Assembly: GCA_964016885.1 (NCBI GenBank) | Contig: OZ024744.1 | Coordinates: 66,774,001 to 66,838,000 of the forward strand | DNA from: Eledone cirrhosa | Lineage: Eukaryota | Length of the DNA: 64,000 nucleotides | Reading direction: 5' to 3' | Part shown: in pieces, positions 55,540 to 64,000 of the stretch | Position numbering within the stretch: the first letter of the stretch is position 1 | How the letters are laid out: every line of letters begins with the position of its first letter | Translations under genes and position numbers: made by a program | The notes under the pieces: generated by a model | What the model was told of the DNA's origin: nothing | What the model saw: the letters and a program-made list of their open reading frames with translations, nothing else | Databases searched by the model: none

Positions 55540-56649
55540 TTGAATTAGTATGGTATAGACAAGTACATATGTTGTTGAGGTGTAAAATATTGTCAATACT
55601 CTGATATGCCCAGTTCCTTGTTGGGTTGTTATTTCACTGAGGAACTGGAGTCATATGAATTAAAACAAACGAATTTCAGTGTCAAAGGTCCTCTTCTCCT
55701 CTCATTGGTCAGTTATTAGAACATTCCTCATTCTAAGTGTTGTTATTGTTGGAGTTAGCTTTAAAAATTGATAAAATGGTAGAAGGGACAAGGTGTTAAA
55801 GGAACAAAACAACAAAAAAGTGTCAAACTTCCCATTGGTCAGTTCTGAGAGTATTCCTCAGTCAGAAGTCTATAGAATTCTTTCTGGGGTGAGGCTCTCT
55901 GTAGTGTTTTTGTTTGCTATTGTTCAGTACATTTGACCTCTACCATTATTTTGGTAGTGTTGTTGGTGTTATGGTCAGCTTATATCTTGCTGCTGCTAAC
56001 AATTTAGAAGTATCCAGTGTGTGTTTTTTCTTCATCCCTCCTGCCACCATCATAGTGGTGTTGGTGGTGGTGGTGGTGGTGGGGGGGGGGGGGGGGGGGG
56101 GGGGCGGTTCTTCCATATATATGAAGAAATATAAGGCAATAAATGAAGAAAACAGAAAATAAATAAATAATATAATAAAATAATTAATATAATTTGTATA
56201 ATTTGAAAATAAATAAATAAATAAAGAATAAAGAATAAATGAAAAATTGATGTAAAAGTAATGAAAATGAATATGGAGAAGTGAGAAATAATGTAGGATA
56301 AAGTGTGTGTGTGCTATAACCAATCTCAAGGTCAGAATATGTTGGATAGATTGGTATGAGACAAGATGTTAAGATGAGATAATCAAACTAAATGTGTTTG
56401 TGTTATAATAAATCTCAAGTTAAAAATAAATATAAGGTGATACAGTGAAGAGGGCAGAAAACAAATAACAAATTAATAAAGAGAAATCAAGATTTAAAAT
56501 TGGAACTTGAAAATCAGAAATCTAGTAAATTAAAAAGTGTTTGCGTTATATAGATGTTGGCCAAATTATAATGGCTGTGTCCGATTCTATCTCTAGGCTA
56601 TCATGGTGTCTGCTCAGCCTGGGATGTTCCCTATGGCTTGAGGGGAGTT

Positions 56650-56727
<78 letters not shown>

Positions 56728-56858
56728 TATTTATATATATATATATAGATATATAGATATATAAATATCTCTCTCTCTATATATATATATAAGTACGTTT
56801 TGTTTTGAAACAGTGACCGCGTTTGAAATACAAAATAGAACCTTTCGCCCTAATTTTG

Positions 56859-56989
56859 ACTTAGGAAATTTTAGCCTGCCAGTGGGCTTTAGAATCCTCT
56901 AAGAAATGGAAAATGATACATCAATACTCATCTTTTTTCCATTTCTTAGAGGGTTCTAAATCCCACTGTCAGGCTAAAATTTCTTTAGT
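56859..56989. repeat. Inverted repeat, ~50-bp arms, ~21-nt spacer
   Basis: 56865-56913 pairs with 56935-56983 with three mismatches. Confidence 0.85.
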
Positions 56990-57008
56990 AAAAAATACGG
57001 TGAAAGCT

Positions 57009-57121
<113 letters not shown>

Positions 57122-58430
57122 ATCAGCGAGTGCGTATGGTATTGTATTTTTAAGTATCAGCAAACTTGCATAGGAGAACGGTTTTGTAAGACGAAGGAAA
57201 ACAATTTCATGCATAAAAGTGGGATAACACTTTTAACACAATGCTGTACAAAAAATAAGAACACCGATCTGTTGGAAAGATGCATCTGAAACAATATAAC
57301 TTTCATAGAAATAGTCAGAAAGATTACGAGTGTACAGAAATAATTAAACAAATCTTTTATGCCTAGAAATAAATATGCAAAAGATGTATGACCTTCGATA
57401 GTTAGGAGATCAGCTATTACCGACTCTGCGTATATTTTCTCTCTTTCTAACGTGGTCCTCTTAAAACATTTTACAACGTATATCTCTTGTCTTATTTCAG
57501 TCATAAATCTATTTATTTTATTTCTAGTCATATGTTGAGGACACCTCCACAAAAACGTCATTGTATCTTCTTCGAAGACAGCGATTTTTTTTTGTTCTTG
57601 TGGCAGACGACTTGCCAATCCTTATTCTCATCACAATCCTTATTCACCTGTGTGACGCAGGGGAGGGAAATGTCTTCCACGGGGGTTGGCGTTGAAGCTG
57701 TTATTGTTGGTGGTGGTGGTGGTACTTCTGCTGTTGTTGTTGTTGTTGTTGTTGTTGGTGCTGTAGTTGTTTCAGCTAATTTTGTGTTTGTTGCAGCTGC
57801 TGGCCTTGTTGGATTTACAGCTGTTGCTATAGTAATATTTGTTGTTGTTGATGCTGTTTCAGGTGTGGTAGTCTCTCGTTGTTGTTACTTTTGTTGAGGC
57901 TAAAGTGTTGATACTAGCCGTGGTCTCTGGTTTCCTATTTTTTCTAGGCAGAAAGTTCTTAGGTGGCATGTGAATCTCTATTTTTTGGCATTTCCCCATT
58001 GATATTTATTCAGATGTCTCTAATCTGTTGGGCGGCTGTATTAAGTTCGGAATTTTTTTCTACTTTTCTATTTTGAAGTAAAATCTCCAGGTCTATCCCG
58101 GATTAATTTTGTTCGTTCGCTCTGTTTAATGTTTAGGGGTGTCTGGATCCCCAAGGGCAATGCAAGCTAAGATCCACCATATGTTTATGTCCGGTATTCT
58201 CATCCCGACAGTTCTAGAAGGGTAGGTTGGATAAAGAAGCAAATACAAATTTAAATAAGTTTGTTCGCAAGCCAACACAAGAGCAAGAATGAAGTGTTCA
58301 TTCTACTGACATGGCTATAAAATTGAGGCTTGTTTGCATAATTGCAAACAAATTGAATGTTATTATTAATATTCGAAAAACTCAGATTACATTTATTGTA
58401 TTCAGCCATGTAGAGCGAAATTTTCTTTTT

Positions 58431-58631
58431 TATTTAAATAAGTTTAAATATTTGAAAGCCCGACATTACGTGCGAGAGTAAAAGTGCCAAGGTAACAGGA
58501 ATTATAGAAAATAAAAGTCCTTTTACTTTCTTTAACTCCCATTACATTTATTTTTTCTAACCCCTATTACATTGGCACTTTTAATCTCGCACACATTGTC
58601 GGGCTACCAAATGTTTAAACTTATTTAAATA
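58431..58631. repeat. Imperfect inverted repeat (~68-bp arms), possible old MITE
   Basis: 58431-58499 pairs with 58563-58631. Confidence 0.7.
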
Positions 58632-58751
58632 TATAGAAATGTTTACAAATGTCATAATTTTGCTTCCATTGAAATAACTAATGTTGCTACTAACAAACAA
58701 CAAAATGCGCGATTTGAGCGTGATGAAATAAAATCTTACCTGCCCCTATAG

Positions 58752-59031
58752 CAGGCATGGGCAACCCTTTTCGAGAGTGGGCCGCATGAGATATGGCTCA
58801 TCATCAGGCGGGCCGCAAGTGCTAATTTACATTCGTGCCCACATTAAAAAAACTCAGATTGTTTTGATTTGTTTCTTCAGAATTCGTACACGTTATTTTC
58901 CTCGATCGTAAAAATAATAGAAAGATAAATTACGACTGAAAAGTTGGGGTAAAAAAATCAGAAAGATTTCACTTAGGTGACTTAGGCGAGCCATTCAGAA
59001 AGCTTCGCGGGCCGGAGGTTGCCCATGGTTA
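58752..59031. mobile_element. hAT (Charlie-like) MITE, 280 bp
   Basis: TIRs CAGGCATGGGCAACC / GGTTGCCCATGGTTA; 8-bp TSD CCCTATAG / CCTTATAG (one mismatch). Confidence 0.82.
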
Positions 59032-59831
59032 CCTTATAGACATGCCTCATCTCCTGAAGCCATATTATGGAGATTATCTCACTATAAAATACTATTCACC
59101 TCATCTTCCTGAGCAATAAAGAGCCTCTTTTTAAAGAAGAGAAACTCTTCGAGTAGCGGGAGTTCAGCATGATTTGGTTCGGGTTTAATCTCGAAAATGA
59201 AAGCTCACATCACCACCCGTAATGTGAAATTCCTTTGCATTTACGTATTCAATGGACATAACAAAAAAGTGGGACAGTCAGGCAAATATGTTCTAATATT
59301 ATTACCCACATGTATTCGACAAGTCCGAAAATTTTTGAAAATATTTAATCTCCACCAAATGCTGCTTCATATATCCAGACCTACCAGCCTCTAAAAACCC
59401 AAACAGTGAGTACCATGAAATAAAGTGCCCCAAAACGGGGAGAAATGAGGCAAAATGGGGAGATTTTACATAATAAAAGCCATACCCGTTTTCACAAGAG
59501 AAGACATCTCTCACCCAACCCAAAGTGGGTGGGAGATCTCCCAGTCGGACAGGCAGAGTGGACAGACAGGTCTGTATACCAGGAGCAAGAAACTATGAAG
59601 AATTGAAAGCAATTCAAGGACGAATCATGCCAATTTTTAAAAATACTTGAATACGGCTTGGATTGTTAGAAATCGATACTGTGTTTAAAACACTTTAGAG
59701 CAGGAGTCCCAAAAATTTTAGACCAGCGACTCCCTCATGGAATCCTTGATAACCTCGTGGAGCCCTGGCATGTACAAAATACAAATTAATCATTAAATAT
59801 AATGCACACACACACACACACACACACAAAT

Positions 59832-60012
59832 ATAATTGTTTCTACTTTAGGCACAAGGCCAGCAATTACCCAGCGCATTACTGGTACTTTATTTTATCGA
59901 CCCCGTAAGGATGAAAGGCAAAGTCAACCTCGGTGGGATTTGAACTCAGATCGTAAAGGGACGTAACTATGCTGGAAAGCATGGCGTCCGACCCTCTACC
60001 GATACTGCCAAT
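59832..60012 (-). mobile_element. Nin/Deu-domain SINE
   Basis: Same family as 24065. Confidence 0.85.
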
Positions 60013-60161
60013 AATACCAACACAAATATAATGAATCTTAGAATGTTGGTTTCTGTTTTCTATAGTCTGTCACCACCCCTCTGTCATCAGATATTTCCTT
60101 CATTGTGTGACACCAAATAAATATATAAACACACATTGGTTATTATTATAGTCGATGATTG

Positions 60162-60383
60162 AGGGCGGTGGATTGGCAGTATTGGTAGAGGGTCGGACGC
60201 CATGCTTTGCAGCATAGAGTTACGGCCCTTTATCATCTGAGTTCAAATCCCGCCGAGTTTAACTTGGCCTTTCATCCTTAGGGGTCGATAAAATAAAGTA
60301 CCAGTCATGCACTGAGGTTGATTTAATCGACATTCCCCTCCTCCAAAATTGCTGGCCTTGTGCCTATATAAGAAACCATTATT
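60162..60383 (+). mobile_element. Nin/Deu-domain SINE, longer subfamily
   Basis: Retains the segment GGTTGATTTAATCGACATTCCCCTCCTCCAA that is absent from most other copies. Confidence 0.85.
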
Positions 60384-60439
60384 GTCGATGATTTAAAAAT
60401 GTGTGTCAACAAGTTTTATTTTATGTTTTTTGAATTCTT

Positions 60440-62390
60440 ATACGAATGGCAGCATTCAACACCCAAAGTACAATCGACCCCTGGCATTTATCGGTCCCTT
60501 TGGAGACCCTTGCATTAGAAGAAGCTTCGACATCTAAAACTTTGAGTAATGTTTGCAGCTATTTGTGCTTTTTACAATCAAAATATAATTCAGCTTTGAG
60601 AATCTATTATAGAAAACATTATAGAAGTTTATTAATATAGGAGAAAGAAAAGGGGAAGATGTAGAAAACCTCGCTCTTCATGTTATAAATCAAATTTTAA
60701 TTGAAAACAGGGACAAATTGCACAGAATAGAAGAATTTAAGGACGTTAATGACGAAGACCTTCAAATGTCTTCAGTTAATATAAATAATCTTAATAACAA
60801 AGAATTATAGCCGATGTAGTGATAAATGAGATGCAGGTGAAAAGAAGAGAAAGGGAGGAAATTCCCGAATGTTGTTGCTTTTATATCGATGCTCCAGGAG
60901 AATGTAGCAAAGTCTATTTAATGAATCATTTCTCATCTTAGTAATAATATGTTTAATATATCGAGCATTACGTAGACAGGTATTGCAGCCGCATTACTGT
61001 TAAGTGGTGAGACATTACAAAGCTTATTTAAAAAAAAAATATATATACCACTACCTTTAATTGTTATATACATTTTAAATATATCTCCTATCTCTGAGTA
61101 AGCCCGTTTCATAAGAGATCAATATTTAATTCCCACTGATGAAGCATCCAGTTATTGTTACTTTTGCCATCTATAAATGCCCTCAAGATATTACTGGTAT
61201 CAATTGCATTTTTGAAGGAAATATTGTCTTATTGTAAAGGGATAACCGATAGGTGTTACCTACCCTTCCATGAACGACATAGACTGCGGTGGATTGGCAG
61301 TATTGGTAGAGCATCGGACAATATGCTTTGCAGCATAGAGTTACGTCCCTTTACATTCTGAGTTTAAATCCCGCCGAGGTTAACTTTGCCTTTCATCCTT
61401 ACGTGGTCGATAAAATAAACTACCTGTAACACACTGGAGTCGCTTTAATCGACTTTTCTCTCCTCCAAAATTTTTGGCCTTGTGTCTAAATCAGGAACCA
61501 TTATTGATATATGCCTCAAACGATTTCATGTCTGGCAGCATTTTAGACAATATCACCTAACTCAAAATACGAGAGAACCACAGAAGAAGAACAAAGACTT
61601 TGAAAATTGGTTGTTTCTGTTTGGAAATGGAACCACTCCAACTATGATGCCAGGATTAACATCAAATGTTGTCCAAGTACTATCCTCTCTATGTATTGAA
61701 AATTCTTTAGTAAATTCTATTTTTACACGTGATCGCCTCTAAGAAAGGCGATCACGTGTAACAATTTTCCCTCTAAGAACTCCGACTGTCTTTCTTTAAC
61801 GAGGAAATTTTAAAACTACTATTGCCAGGAAATATTCAAACATATTTTAGTACATATCAAATTGTTAGTGAGAATCAGGAAGATAATGAACGCCACACAA
61901 TAGAATTACTTAATTCATTTACTCCATCTGGAATTCCATAGTAGAGATTAGATTTAAAAATCGAATCTGTTGTAATGTTATTAAGTAATATATCAATTCG
62001 GCAAGGCCTTTGTAATGGAGAGAGATAAGAAATTGTTAACTCACATCGTAATTGCATTGAAGGTTTGTTAATAAGTATGTACTTTGGCAGGTAGGCGAGC
62101 GTTAATACCCAGAGTTAAACTGATGACTTGTGATTCCAATTTACCTTTTACTATACAAAGAATTCAGTTTCCAGTCAAACTATCTTATTCAATGACCATT
62201 AATAAAACACAGGGTCAAACATCTAATAAGATAGAGAGTTACTGTAACAAGCCGTGGACAGTTATATGCTGCATTCTCTAGGGCTAAGAAAGAACTGGTA
62301 CTTTTATTATAGTTGATACTAATAAGCAAGGCAAACAAAAAAAGAAAAATTATTGTTGAACACATTGTATTTAAGGAAATATTAAATTGA
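60440..62390 (+). pseudogene. Decayed Helitron RepHel, PIF1-like helicase region
   Basis: Remnants of motif I (FYIDAPG), TGIAAALL, DEAS, NSFTPSGIP, VMLL..I....GLCNG, RIQFPVKLSYSMTINKTQGQT, GQLYAAFSR; many stops. Confidence 0.85.
61287..61505 (+). mobile_element. Nin/Deu-domain SINE inserted in the Helitron helicase
   Basis: Longer subfamily, as at 60162. Confidence 0.85.
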
Positions 62391-62649
62391 TTAATTAAAA
62401 CTTTGATAATGATAATTAATGGTATAAAGATTCAAGTAATACAACGATGTAATAGATACGATATATTGATATTATAGTGTAACGATAGTAATGTTATTAA
62501 TTAGTAGGTGTTGAGGCACAATAAATTTATTCAATTTTCCTTCTCATCTATCCGTGCACATAATAATTTGCTTCAACAGAACTATGTGATTGTACAAATA
62601 CATAGCAGAGTAATTACGGTGACTTAGTTGCGGGCCAAGTAAATAAATA

Positions 62650-62721
<72 letters not shown>

Positions 62722-62727
<6 letters not shown>

Positions 62728-62843
62728 ATGCCCTAAGGACAGACACTGGTCTGTTGGAGATGCAGGATATGGCAGCGATAATGAGGGACAGAGACCGCTG
62801 GAGAGAACTCATCCATGGATCTCGGGAATTTTACCCGCCTTAG

Positions 62844-62846
<3 letters not shown>
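62722..62846 (+). mobile_element. Extreme 3' fragment of the RTE LINE at 29441-32414, embedded in (TA)n
   Basis: Near-identical to 32293-32416. Confidence 0.9.
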
Positions 62847-62887
<41 letters not shown>

Positions 62888-63054
62888 CGAAGGAAATGTG
62901 GTAAGGAACCAGATGGACCATAACGCACCAAAGTACTCAATACTTAGTGTAGTAGAGTGGGTAATAGGAACGAGTAGGACCCCGACGGCTGAGCTCAACC
63001 CGTTTCGACGGCTAATTCAGGATGTCCTCAGCTAAAGGATGTCCTCAGCTAGAC

Positions 63055-63310
63055 TTTCACGGTGGTTGTTCCACAGTGCGAGAGGATCCGCGAGATTGCA
63101 GTTGTGCAGCATAATAGCAAAACGTTTTCACAGCTGAGAAGGGACTTTAGCAGTTGCTGCTTCTTGCAGGGTGAGGTGCCAATGGCTGTCATCGTGTAAC
63201 ATACCACGCATCTGGCAAGCCAAACAGTAAATGGAACATTGATGGCCATTGATGGTTCTCAGATCTTGGAAAGACTGTGGTCCTCTAACCTCAAACAGTA
63301 ATAATGACAA
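63055..63310 (-). pseudogene. Helitron RepHel fragment (region between Rep and helicase)
   Basis: LLLFEVRGPQSFQDLRTING...AC..RGMLHDDSHW..TLQEA matches the Helitron GPxSFxDLRT motif. Confidence 0.75.
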
Positions 63311-63389
63311 TAAGCCGTCTGTGCTTTCGTGAAATAAATAGGTTTTTGTTTTTGTGTATGCAAAAATACCTGTACACGAATATATATAT

Positions 63390-63505
63390 ATTAAAATAAC
63401 AGATTAAAGTTTAAGCAAAGAATCGCTGTTTTCACCCTTAACGGGATCTTCTGAAACTAAAAAAATCTGTCTGTGAACACAGAAGTAAATATTTCGAAAA
63501 CGTTA
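63390..63505 (-). mobile_element. Solo fragment of the PLE pLTR
   Basis: Matches 36707-36822 and retains the CAGAAGA hammerhead-like fold. Confidence 0.85.
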
Positions 63506-63509
63506 TCTA

Positions 63510-63932
63510 ATGCAGACAGCTAGACATACAGACAGATATTAAAAGGGCGCTACGTTATAGCTATGTATCTATCTAAAAAGGCAGACTAAGAAAAAGAGGG
63601 GAATGCGAAAAAGTGAGGAATGACGTATAACCGAAAGTGTTGACAGTTGAAATTTTAAAGAAGTGAATATTTAAATAATGTCTTTAATCTTTTAACAAAA
63701 TTCAGTAGACAAAAATACCCTCACTTTTTTACTTGGAAAAAGTTACATCTATGGTGCAAATCTGGTGCTGTTTGGTCCAGCCGTTTGGCGGAAAGTTTGT
63801 TACCTACATACGGCCGTCAGCTTTATAGTATAGATATAATACGACATTCCTCTCTCTTTCTTACTCTGTCTTTTTAGATAGATATATAGATATAACGTCG
63901 CACGCTTATAATAGTCTGGCTGCCTGTCTGCA
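63510..63932. repeat. Imperfect ~90-bp inverted repeats enclosing a Helitron-like 5' end
   Basis: 63510-63605 pairs with 63845-63932; the interior ends in CAGCTTTATAGTATAGAT and shares a block with 50860-50915. Confidence 0.55.
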
Positions 63933-64000
63933 TTGACTTAGCTTCTAACCAGCTTTTAATTGATTATATATATATATAATTATATATTCGTGTACACATT

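Noticed and set aside
59701-59770. Second hAT MITE starting CAGGAGTCCCAAAAATTTT
   Set aside because: Only one plausible terminus; no matching TIR or TSD found.

Overview
Eukaryotic, repeat-dominated window with no recognisable host gene. The SINE families (Nin/Deu-domain and CORE-like) and the 5S rRNA sequence suggest an octopod cephalopod (inference). Bases 1-~22,030 are the distal ~22 kb of an 82-bp tandem satellite (~268 monomers) with shifting higher-order repeats and strong internal dyad symmetry. The remaining 42 kb is a mosaic of microsatellites and transposon remnants: a hAT transposase interrupted by an RTE-type LINE, a CRE-like RLE retroelement, a near-complete Penelope-like element (RT + GIY-YIG) with an inverted partial copy, three Tx1/L1-type LINE copies sitting in (GATA)n tracts, a BovB-like RTE with three C2H2 fingers, Helitron remnants including a 5x172-bp array of Helitron 5' ends, many SINEs, and a head-to-head pair of 5S rRNA copies. 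The most notable non-coding signals are at least six type I hammerhead ribozyme (HHR) motifs of the Penelope-associated kind and a four-copy HHR-fold with a non-canonical CAGAAGA core. Two fold-back inversions break inside HHR stem II, and the satellite monomer shows a possible decayed-HHR or cloverleaf layout. All structures were folded by eye and no database search was run.
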